Shown here in pieces: positions 1 to 9,449 of a stretch of DNA of 64,000 bases. This stretch comes from an uncultured delta proteobacterium (GTDB taxonomy: Bacteria > Myxococcota_A > Polyangia > Fen-1088): the NCBI GenBank assembly GCA_963796685.1, contig CAWCMR010000025.1, positions 1,472,001-1,536,000 of the forward strand, read 5' to 3'. Within the stretch, counting starts at the first letter, position 1; each line of letters starts with the position of its first letter. A program made the position numbers and the translations under genes. Under the pieces are notes generated by a model that made no database searches, had not been told where the DNA came from, and worked only from the letters and a program-made list of their open reading frames with translations.

Positions 1-27
1 GGAAAGCAGGAGCGAGGGAAGTAGTTC

Positions 28-588
28 ATGGGAACGCGCCTTTTCGTAGGGAACCTCTCCTACAACGTCAACGAGCAAGAGCTGAAGGAGGTTTTTCAGT
101 CCGAGAAAATCGAGGTACGCAGCGTTCGGGTCGCGATGGATCGCGAGACCGGCCGCCCGCGTGGGTTCGCTTTCGTCGAAACCGAAACCGAGGATGGTGC
201 CAAGCAGTCCATCGAAAAGCTGGGCGGAAGGCTCGTGCAAGGGCGGCCCCTCATCATCGAGGAAGCCCAGGCCAGGCCTGCCCCCGGTGCTCCGCGTCCC
301 GGCGGCGGGCCAGGTGGACCTCCACGCGTGGGTGGTCCTCCGCGCCCCGGCGGCCCCGCTGGGCCACGCCCGGCCGGTGGCCCACCGTCCATGGGCGGCC
401 CTCCGCGGCCCTTCGGCCCGCCCCGGCCCCCAGGCCCAGGTGGGTTCGATGCGCGTGGACCCGACCGCCCACCCGGCAAGATCGAAGGGCGGCGCGAGCG
501 GCCCGAAAAGAAGAAGTCGACCCGGCCCAAGCCCGAGGAGCGCGAGCGCGGCAACTGGCACTGGAGCGGAATCATCGACGACGACTAG
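28..588 (+). CDS. RRM (RNP-1) RNA-binding protein with Pro/Gly/Arg-rich low-complexity tail
   Basis: RNP2 LFVGNL and RNP1 RGFAFVE motifs, followed by a long PGG/RP-rich tail. Confidence 0.9.
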   Translation: MGTRLFVGNLSYNVNEQELKEVFQSEKIEVRSVRVAMDRETGRPRGFAFVETETEDGAKQSIEKLGGRLVQGRPLIIEEAQARPAPGAPRPGGGPGGPPRVGGPPRPGGPAGPRPAGGPPSMGGPPRPFGPPRPPGPGGFDARGPDRPPGKIEGRRERPEKKKSTRPKPEERERGNWHWSGIIDDD

Positions 589-624
589 CACGGGCTCGGG
601 TACCGTCAGGCGTGGGGAAGTAGC

Positions 625-1473
625 GTGAGCGCAAAAGGAATCCGAGTGCTGGTCGCCGATGACGATCCCTGGTCGCAGCAGCTCATCTCGTCCCAGCTGG
701 TCGAATCCGGGTTCCGCGTCGACTGCGCCGCGGATGGCTGGGAGGCCCTGATCCTGGCCGGCCGGGCCCGTCCGGATTTGATCGTGATGGAGGTTCACCT
801 CCCGACCACCGATGCCTGGACCCTGGCCGAGGATCTGCGTCGGCAGAGCAGCAACGCCCTTGTGCCCTTCATTTTCATGGCCGACGAATCGCCAGGGCTC
901 AAGCCCGGCAAGAGCTTCCGGCAGGGCGTGGACCAGCTTCTGACCAAGCCCTTCTCGCTCATCGACTTGCACCAGGCGATCGACAAGGCCTTCGGCGGTC
1001 CCGCCAGCGATTCGAGCTACTCGGGCTCGACCAAGATCATCGTCGAGGTTCCCTCGGGACCGCACAACGTGGCCAAGTTCGCCACCCACATCATGCCGCC
1101 GCCGAGCGAGTCGTGGGAGATGGAGGGGCTCGAGCCGGCCCTCAAGGGCTCGCTGGCCAGCTTCGGACTTTCGAGCCTGCTCATGGTCATCGAGCTGGAA
1201 CGCATGTCGGGCATGGTGGCTCTGCACGGCCCCATCGGCATCGGCCGCCTCGCCATCCGCCAGGGGCGCGTGATCCGCGCGCGCATCGACGGTGCGCAGG
1301 GGGCGCGCGGCGCCTATGCCATCTACGAAATGCTCCAATGGGCCAAGGGCACCTTCGAGCTCGAGGCTGGTGAGGTGAGCGGCGAGGACCAGATCGAACG
1401 GTCGACGTCCTTCTTGCTGATGGAAGGCGCACGTCTGGCCGACGAGCGCGCGTACTCGGGCAAGAAGCACTGA
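625..1473 (+). CDS. Receiver-domain + DUF4388 (PATAN-like) protein, atypical receiver
   Basis: VLVADDD and LTKPF receiver motifs; C-terminal LKGSLASFGLSSLL...W.KGTF...LLMEGARLADE is typical of DUF4388; GTG start. Confidence 0.8.
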   Translation: MSAKGIRVLVADDDPWSQQLISSQLVESGFRVDCAADGWEALILAGRARPDLIVMEVHLPTTDAWTLAEDLRRQSSNALVPFIFMADESPGLKPGKSFRQGVDQLLTKPFSLIDLHQAIDKAFGGPASDSSYSGSTKIIVEVPSGPHNVAKFATHIMPPPSESWEMEGLEPALKGSLASFGLSSLLMVIELERMSGMVALHGPIGIGRLAIRQGRVIRARIDGAQGARGAYAIYEMLQWAKGTFELEAGEVSGEDQIERSTSFLLMEGARLADERAYSGKKH

Positions 1474-1476
1474 CCC

Positions 1477-2472
1477 GTGGTGCCGGAGGTGGAAAGCTCG
1501 GAGCTTGCAGCCGCCGTGGCCGCCGAAGCGGACGAGCCGCGCGAGATCATGCCGCTTGCGCTGCGGGTTCCACCCGAGTGCGACGGCTGGCGCCTCGACC
1601 ACTTTCTCAAGCAGCGCATTCGCCGCCTGTCGCGTACCAAGATTCGCACTATCATCGAATCGCAGGTGTGGCTGCCCGACGGGCGGCAACCGCGACCTGC
1701 CATGCCCGTGCGCACCGGCGACACCATCCACATCGATCGCCCGGCCCCCATCGAGCCCGAGGTGCCGCGCGAGTTTCCCATTCTCGCCTCGGATGCGTGC
1801 TTCATGGCCATCGACAAGCCGGCGGGCTTGCCCATGCACACCACGGCCAAGTTCTGGAAAAACACCCTGGTGGCCATCCTGCGCGAGCGCTATCCCGACG
1901 AGGGTTTGCAGATTTGCCATCGCATCGATCGCGAGACCTCGGGCGTGCTGCTCATCGCGCGCACGCGCGAGGCCGCCTCGTTTCTCAAGCGCGCCTTCGC
2001 CTCGCGCGCGGTGAAGAAGACCTACCTGGCGCTGGTACACGGGATCCCGGCGCCATCCTCGGGCGTGATCGATGCGCCCATGCGCCTTGTCGAAAGCCGG
2101 TCGCATCTCATGATGGGCGTGGAGGAGGACGGCCTGCCCGCGGTCACGCGCTATGCCGTGCGCGAGACCTTTGCGCGACACGCGCTCATCGAGGCGGCGC
2201 CCGAGACGGGCAGGCAACACCAGATCCGCGTGCACCTGGCACACCTTGGTCATCCCATCGTGGGCGACAAGCTCTATGGGGCCGGCGAGCAGGCCTTCAT
2301 GGACTACTGCGACTCGGGCATGACCCCCGAGCTGCTGGACCTCTTCGACGGTCTGCCCCGCCACGCCCTGCACGCCGCGCGGCTCATCTTCCCGCACCCC
2401 GAGACGCGGGAAATGATCACGGTGGAAAGCCCCCTGCCCGGCGATCTCTGCGATTACATGAAGGGTCTGTGA
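1477..2472 (+). CDS. RluA/RluD-family pseudouridine synthase with S4 domain
   Basis: RLDHFL (S4), DKPAGL, catalytic HRIDRETSG, TGRQHQIRVH, GHPIVGD, LHA motifs. Confidence 0.93.
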   Translation: MVPEVESSELAAAVAAEADEPREIMPLALRVPPECDGWRLDHFLKQRIRRLSRTKIRTIIESQVWLPDGRQPRPAMPVRTGDTIHIDRPAPIEPEVPREFPILASDACFMAIDKPAGLPMHTTAKFWKNTLVAILRERYPDEGLQICHRIDRETSGVLLIARTREAASFLKRAFASRAVKKTYLALVHGIPAPSSGVIDAPMRLVESRSHLMMGVEEDGLPAVTRYAVRETFARHALIEAAPETGRQHQIRVHLAHLGHPIVGDKLYGAGEQAFMDYCDSGMTPELLDLFDGLPRHALHAARLIFPHPETREMITVESPLPGDLCDYMKGL

Positions 2473-2493
2473 GGGTGGCTCCGCGCTTGGTCG
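2404..2493 (+). repeat. Direct repeat copy 1 (90 bp): rluA 3' end plus decayed udk start
   Basis: Ungapped alignment to 3224-3313 with 9 mismatches; the first 29 bp are identical. Confidence 0.92.
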
Positions 2494-2506
2494 CGAACGA
2501 TGTCCT

Positions 2507-2544
2507 TTGGCATTTGCAGATCTGTCATGTACAGTTTGTACATG
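2507..2544 (+). promoter_or_regulatory. Putative sigma70 promoter and autorepression operator of the TA pair
   Basis: TTGGCA(2507)-17 bp-TACAGT(2530); perfect inverted repeat CATGTACA-gtt-TGTACATG (2526-2544) covers the -10 and the ATG at 2542. Confidence 0.6.
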
Positions 2545-2796
2545 TCACGACAGATGGCTATCAGCGAAGTCAGGAGAGTCCTGCCCTCTCTTTTGAAGGA
2601 GATTCAGAGGGATGGTACAACCGTGGAAATTACGAATCGTGGCGTCAGTGTTGCGCGTTTGATTGGGCCACTGACTGACGAGGCCGGAACGGCAAGGGCA
2701 CTTCTCTCCCTGCGACAGACGTTGCACCGCCGTCGTGGACGGCGCGGAGACGTGTCGGCGCACAAGACCGACTACCTGACCAGACGCCACGACTAA
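2542..2796 (+). CDS. Phd/YefM-family antitoxin
   Basis: MAISEVRRVLPSLLKEIQRDGTTVEITNRGVSVARL matches the Phd/YefM N-terminal pattern; TAATG overlap with the PIN gene. Confidence 0.85.
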   Translation: MSRQMAISEVRRVLPSLLKEIQRDGTTVEITNRGVSVARLIGPLTDEAGTARALLSLRQTLHRRRGRRGDVSAHKTDYLTRRHD

Positions 2797-3212
2797 TGCC
2801 CCTCCCGAAGGAATTGTTCATCGACACGTCGTTCTGGTTCGCGGCAATGGTAGCCACCGACGTGAATCATGAACGGGCGGGGGAATTACTCGAAGAGGCG
2901 GCCGTTGCGGCCAGTCGGTTCCACACCACACGCGAGGTGATCAGCGAAACTCTCACCCTTTTACGCTATCGAGACGGGGCGCGTTCGGCTCTGCTGTTCG
3001 CCAGAGATATCCTGCCGACCATCGAAATGGTTGTTGCCGACTTGACTGACCACGCGGCCGCTTTGGAGGTCTTTCGACGTATGGCCCCTCAACGACGCCT
3101 CTCCTACTGCGATGCGCTCTCGTTCGTAATCGTGAGGCAACGGCTTGGTGACATGGCCTGCCTGGCATTCGACCGCGACTTTCGCGCGCTCGGTCTCACA
3201 GTTCTGGGCTGA
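2796..3212 (+). CDS. vapC: VapC-family PIN-domain toxin
   Basis: FIDTS, VISET, LSYCDALS and AFDRDF supply the four acidic PIN residues. Confidence 0.9.
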   Translation: MPLPKELFIDTSFWFAAMVATDVNHERAGELLEEAAVAASRFHTTREVISETLTLLRYRDGARSALLFARDILPTIEMVVADLTDHAAALEVFRRMAPQRRLSYCDALSFVIVRQRLGDMACLAFDRDFRALGLTVLG

Positions 3213-3223
3213 CACCACCCACA

Positions 3224-3313
3224 ACGCGGGAAATGATCACGGTGGAAAGCCCGCTGCCCGGCGATCTTCGCGACTACATGAAAGGGCTGTGAGGGTGGCA
3301 TCGCTCTTGGTCG
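3224..3313 (+). repeat. Direct repeat copy 2 (90 bp): displaced rluA 3' end running into the udk start
   Basis: Matches 2404-2493 at an offset of 820 bp. Confidence 0.92.
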
Positions 3314-3923
3314 GCATCGCCGGCGGATCGGGGAGCGGCAAGACAACACTGGCCAGAGGCGTGGCCGCCGCCCTGCCGGCGGGGCATGCGGTGGTGATTC
3401 CACACGATGCCTACTACCGCGATCTCGCCCACCTGCCGTTCGAGGGCCGAATGGACTGCAACTTCGACGAGCCGGCCGCGCTCGACAACGAGCTTCTGGT
3501 CGAGGCTCTGCGCAGCCTGCGCGCGGGCCGGGCCATCGCGAGGCCGAGCTACGACTTTACGACTCACACTCGCCTGGCTGAAACCACGCGGGTCGAGGCA
3601 AGTCCCGTGGCGATCGTGGAGGGAATCTTGGTGCTGGCTTTCCCTGCCCTGTGCGAGGTCTTGGACCTGAGGGTGTTCGTCGAGGCCGCGGAAGCAACCC
3701 GGCTGGCGCGCCGGGTTGACCGCGACGTCGCGGAGCGTGGCCGAACGCGAGAAGGCGCTGAAATCCAGCCCGGCGCACCACCCGGCCCATGCATATCCTG
3801 CACGTGGAGCCGAGCCGAGCGCGGGCGGATTTGGTGGTCTCCGGCGAGGACGGAGCCGAGCGGGCAGTGAAAAGCGTGACGATGGCCATCCGTCGCCTCC
3901 CCAAACCTGGAATTCGAGCCTAG
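3289..3923 (+). CDS. udk: Uridine kinase, one frameshift near 3770 (probable sequence error)
   Basis: GIAGGSGSGKTT P-loop, DAYYRD, NFDEP, YDFTTHTR, VEGIL, RDVAERGR; the conserved tail TRPMHILHVEPSRARADLVV continues in another frame to TAG at 3921-3923. Confidence 0.85.
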
Positions 3924-3997
3924 ACGACTTTTTATGCAATAATACGGCGTTTCGTGAAAAAAGAAGACGCAATTAGTCCGACAATGAAGGAGAAGCG

Positions 3998-4606
3998 ATG
4001 CGCACATTCGGTACTTTCCTGGGAGTAGGAATTTTGGCAATGACCGTTGGCTGCGGAGGCAGCAGTAGTTCCAGCCTCGATGGCGGCGGCGCCACCCAAG
4101 GACCATCTGGCGACGCCGGCGGTGCACTCGGCGGCACCGGCGGCGTGATGGGCGGCAACGGCGGCGCTGGCGGAGGTGGCGGGGGAAGCGCCGGATCCTG
4201 CAACTATCCGAGCTGTCTGGCGAGCCTGGCCACGTCTTGCCAGCCGTCCGGAACTTGCGTCGAGCAGACGGACACGACGACGTTTGCGATTAACACCTGT
4301 TACTCGAATGGAGTGAAGGTGATCACCGCAGTCGATCTCACCTCGGGATCCGGGACCGTGACGTTCAAGAACGGCAGCACGGTATGCTACACCTTCGCAG
4401 CAGGTGCCAGTGCGACCGGGGCCGAGACCCTTACCATCAAGAATGCGGCCGGTACTACCATCGCGACCGGTACCAGCGACACCGCCGGCAATACGACCAT
4501 CACCTGCACCGGCGGTTCCCCCGTCACGCTCAATTCTAGCTGTCAAGATTCGACGGGCAGCGGCTCTTCGACGGCGGGCTGTACGACTGGAACCTGTACG
4601 CCTTAG
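3998..4606 (+). CDS. Cys/Thr/Gly-rich lipoprotein
   Basis: AAGGAG RBS, lipobox MTVGC, Gly-rich linker, paired Cys. Confidence 0.75.
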   Translation: MRTFGTFLGVGILAMTVGCGGSSSSSLDGGGATQGPSGDAGGALGGTGGVMGGNGGAGGGGGGSAGSCNYPSCLASLATSCQPSGTCVEQTDTTTFAINTCYSNGVKVITAVDLTSGSGTVTFKNGSTVCYTFAAGASATGAETLTIKNAAGTTIATGTSDTAGNTTITCTGGSPVTLNSSCQDSTGSGSSTAGCTTGTCTP

Positions 4607-4624
4607 GCGGAACCATCTTCGAGC

Positions 4625-4662
4625 GAAGCCGGCGAAGCGGGGCAACCTGCTTCGCCGTCTTC
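4625..4662 (+). terminator. GC-rich hairpin after the lipoprotein gene
   Basis: GAAGCCGGCGAAGCGGG-GCAA-CCTGCTTCGCCGTCTTC stem-loop; no strong U tract. Confidence 0.45.
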
Positions 4663-4718
4663 ATGTGCGTGACGAAGAAGTGCCCTTGCCCGAAAAAAAA
4701 CCGTAGATTCACCGGCCC

Positions 4719-6518
<1,800 letters not shown>

Positions 6519-6524
6519 AGGAGC

Positions 6525-6594
6525 CCCCGGGGACGGGTTTGAAACCCCGGGGCGGGTTTGAAACCCCGGGGGCGGGTTTGAAACCCGCCCCTAC
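6525..6594 (-). repeat. GTAG-type REP-like palindrome cluster (3 cores)
   Basis: Minus strand reads GTAG-GGGCGGGTTTCAAACCCGCCC followed by two more GGGTTTCAAACCC cores, between convergent genes. Confidence 0.75.
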
Positions 6595-7154
6595 GACTTT
6601 TGATAGGTGCCCAACCATTCGGCGTGGGCCAGGATGTGGCCGTGCATGGCCTTCTCCAGGGCGGCCTTGGTGGGCTTGTGCAGATCGGGCAGAACCTCGT
6701 CCAGGGCATAGAGCTTGAAGAAATAGCGATGGCGGCCGACGGGAGGGCAAGGACCGCGGTAGCCGGTGCGCTTCCAGTCGTTGAGACCCTCGAGTGTCCC
6801 GGACGGCAGCTCGCGCGAGGCGATCGCCTCTGCAAGCCCCGTGGTTTTGGGCGGCAGGTTGTAGAGCACCCAGTGCACCCACGTCATCCTGGGCGCCGCC
6901 GGGTCGGGCGCGTCGGGATCGTCGACGATGAGGGCCAGGCTCTTGGCACCGGCCGGGATTTCGGCAAAGGCAAGGGGCGGAGAACGGTCGGCTCCTTCAC
7001 AGGTGAACTGCGAGGGGATCGAGGCGTTGGCGGCAAAGGCGGACGATGAGATGCGCATGGCAGACGACTCCTTGGCGGCGCTGCGGCTGGCGGCGCCGCA
7101 GACGAGAGCGAGCGTGATGGCCCCGAGGGGGCGAAGTCGTTGGGCGAAATTCAC
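6591..7154 (-). CDS. YbhB/YbcL (PEBP, Raf kinase inhibitor-like) protein with signal peptide
   Basis: FTCEGADRSPPL, DDPDAP, WVHWVLYN, GYRGPCPP, HRYFFKLYALD. Confidence 0.92.
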   Translation of the reverse strand: MNFAQRLRPLGAITLALVCGAASRSAAKESSAMRISSSAFAANASIPSQFTCEGADRSPPLAFAEIPAGAKSLALIVDDPDAPDPAAPRMTWVHWVLYNLPPKTTGLAEAIASRELPSGTLEGLNDWKRTGYRGPCPPVGRHRYFFKLYALDEVLPDLHKPTKAALEKAMHGHILAHAEWLGTYQKS

Positions 7155-7200
7155 GCTTTAAGCAGAATCCCAAGATCGACCAAAGTCAAACCAGGCAGGA

Positions 7201-8751
7201 TCACCGTCCTTTCGCCAGGCCAAGCCGACGGACCAGGCGATGGAAGTTGCCGCGATCCATGCCGAGAGCGCGCGCTGCTGCGGCCAGGCTGTCGGGGTGG
7301 TCGGCAAGCGCACGCTCGACGAGCGCGCGCTGGTGGGCGCGCGCGGACTCCGCAAGCGTTCGCCCGCGAGGGGTTGTCGCGGCCGGCGCGGCTTCGACGA
7401 CTTCGGGCGCGACCTTGCCCACGTCGGATTCGAGATGTTTCGCCGACAGCACGATGGCCTCGCCGCGCGGCACCACGGCCGTGCGGCGCAAGACCGCGCG
7501 CGAGATGACGTTTTCGAGCTCACGCACGTTGCCCGGCCAGGGATAGGCGAGCAAGGTCTCGATGGCGCTGGCGTCGAGACGAACGGGGCCAACGCCCATG
7601 CGGCGCCTGGCCGTGTCGCAGAAGTACCCGGCCAGAAGCGCGATGTCCTCGCCGCGCTCGCGCAAGGGCGGCGCGGCCAGCGGGTACACATTCAGGCGAT
7701 GGAAGAGATCCGCGCGAAAACGGCCGGCGGCGACCTCCGCGGCCAGGTCGCGGTTGGTGGCGGCCAGGACGCGCACGTTGACCTCGAGGGTGCGGTCGGC
7801 GCCCACGCGCTGGATCTCGCCTTCCTGCAAGGCCCGCAGGAGCTTCGGCTGCACGGTCAGGGGCAGCTCGCCGATCTCGTCGAGGAACAGGGTGCCCTTG
7901 TCGGCGACCTCGAACTTGCCCGGACGATCACCGGCAGCGCCAGTAAAAGCCCCGCGCACGTGCCCGAACAGCTCGGCCTCGGCCAGGGTTTCGGGCAGGG
8001 CCGCGCAGTTGACGTGGATGATGGGCTCGTTCCGCCGCGTGGACGCCGCGTGCACGGCGCGCGCGATCAGCTCCTTGCCGGTGCCGGTCTCGCCATGGAT
8101 GAGCACGGAGAAATCGGAGCGCGCGACCAGCTCGATCTCGCGGCGCAGGCGCTGGATGGGCGCGCTGGTGCCGATGATCTCGCTTCCTTGCATCATCGAC
8201 TCGCGCATGAGATCGCGCACCACGAGTCCCTGGTGCTCGGCCGCGTGCTCGAGCGCGGCGATGAGCTGGTTGGTGCGCATCTCGGCCGCGGCCAAGGCAG
8301 ACACCGCGGCGAGAAAGCGCAGGTCGATTCCGTCGAAGGCCTTGGGGTCGAGGGCATCCGCGGTGAGGGCGCCCACGAGCTCGCCATGCACCACCAGCGG
8401 ACACCCGAGGCAAGCGTGTACGCGATGGAGCGCGCCCTGGTCGTGCTCTAGCTGTCCGTCGAAGGGATCGGGAAGGGTGGTGTCGGAGGGAAAGAACACC
8501 GGCTCGCGCGAGCGGCAGATGATTTCCAGGCGCGGGTGGTCGCGCAGGGGATAGGGCTTGCCGCTGGCCGCGGGCGAGAGTCCCGTGGCCGCCACGGGCA
8601 AAAGGGAATCGCTCTCCAGCCGCAGGATGGTCGCGGCATCGAAAGGGATCACCCGGCGCAGGGATTCGAGCAAGCGGCGGTTGCGATCCGAGGCGGTCAG
8701 CCCGGACGCCAAATCGAGTGAGATGTTCACCACGGCATCGAGTTGGTCCAT
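7201..8751 (-). CDS. norR: NO-responsive sigma54 activator NorR (GAF-AAA+-HTH)
   Basis: GAF with HPRL, DPFDG, HACLG; GETGTGKE, GAFTGA, FLDEIG, WPGNVRELEN; divergent from the qNOR operon. Confidence 0.93.
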   Translation of the reverse strand: MDQLDAVVNISLDLASGLTASDRNRRLLESLRRVIPFDAATILRLESDSLLPVAATGLSPAASGKPYPLRDHPRLEIICRSREPVFFPSDTTLPDPFDGQLEHDQGALHRVHACLGCPLVVHGELVGALTADALDPKAFDGIDLRFLAAVSALAAAEMRTNQLIAALEHAAEHQGLVVRDLMRESMMQGSEIIGTSAPIQRLRREIELVARSDFSVLIHGETGTGKELIARAVHAASTRRNEPIIHVNCAALPETLAEAELFGHVRGAFTGAAGDRPGKFEVADKGTLFLDEIGELPLTVQPKLLRALQEGEIQRVGADRTLEVNVRVLAATNRDLAAEVAAGRFRADLFHRLNVYPLAAPPLRERGEDIALLAGYFCDTARRRMGVGPVRLDASAIETLLAYPWPGNVRELENVISRAVLRRTAVVPRGEAIVLSAKHLESDVGKVAPEVVEAAPAATTPRGRTLAESARAHQRALVERALADHPDSLAAAARALGMDRGNFHRLVRRLGLAKGR

Positions 8752-8755
8752 CGTT

Positions 8756-8812
8756 GTTACTATGACATCGTTGTTGTCATGATGACATCAATTCGCACGT
8801 TGTCTTCATGAC
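8756..8812. promoter_or_regulatory. Three NorR boxes, GT-N7-AC
   Basis: GTTACTATGAC (8756-8766), GTCATGATGAC (8776-8786), GTCTTCATGAC (8802-8812). Confidence 0.85.
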
Positions 8813-8853
8813 ACGTAACTGTGTAACCACCTGTTCTACAAGGACTAAATACT

Positions 8854-8869
8854 TGGTACCCACTTTGCT
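8854..8869 (+). promoter_or_regulatory. sigma54 (-24/-12) promoter of the NO-response operon
   Basis: TGGTACCCACTTTGCT: GG at 8855-8856 and GC at 8867-8868 with exact N10 spacing, downstream of the NorR boxes. Confidence 0.85.
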
Positions 8870-8901
8870 GAAGATGGCTGCAAGCGATGAGGAACGCAGC
8901 C

Positions 8902-9429
8902 ATGAACACAGCCCAAAACACGCTCGGCCTAGCGACGGACGACACCACGGCCTGGGAGACGCAGCCGCCGGCCGCCATCATTGAATTCATCCTTCACCGC
9001 TACCACGAGCCCCTGCGTCGCGATTTGCCCGTCCTGGTCAGCGGCGCCCGGCGGGTCGAGGCCGAGAGCGCGCAAAGTCCTCTGTGCCCAGTCGGCCTTG
9101 CCGACCACTTGGAACAGATCCTGACGGCGGTCGAGAGCCACTTGGCCAAGGAGGAAAAGATCCTCTTCCCGCTCATTCTCGCCGGCCGTGGCGGAAGCGC
9201 CTTCATGCCCATCAAGGTGATGATGGCGGAGCACGAGGACCACGTGGCCAGTCTCGCCCGCACGCGCGCGCTGGCGCACGACTTCGCCTTGCCCACCGAT
9301 GCCAGCGAAGCCTGGCGAAGCCTCTACCTCGACCTGCAACGTCTGGAAGACGATCTGAACCGGCACATCCAGCTCGAGAACAACGTCCTGTTCACGCGCG
9401 TGATGAGCGGCGCGGATGACGGAGGTTGA
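8902..9429 (+). CDS. RIC/YtfE/ScdA-like di-iron hemerythrin protein lacking the N-terminal ScdA_N domain
   Basis: RYH, HLAKEEKILFP, MMAEH and HIQLENNVLF give the six RIC iron ligands; GAGG RBS before ATG 8902. Confidence 0.85.
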   Translation: MNTAQNTLGLATDDTTAWETQPPAAIIEFILHRYHEPLRRDLPVLVSGARRVEAESAQSPLCPVGLADHLEQILTAVESHLAKEEKILFPLILAGRGGSAFMPIKVMMAEHEDHVASLARTRALAHDFALPTDASEAWRSLYLDLQRLEDDLNRHIQLENNVLFTRVMSGADDGG

Positions 9430-9449
9430 CCCTTTCTTTGGAGATCGCC

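Noticed and set aside
6525-6594. CRISPR array (GTTTGAAAC resembles a repeat end)
   Set aside because: Units are only about 20 bp apart with no unique spacers and no cas genes; it fits a REP palindrome.
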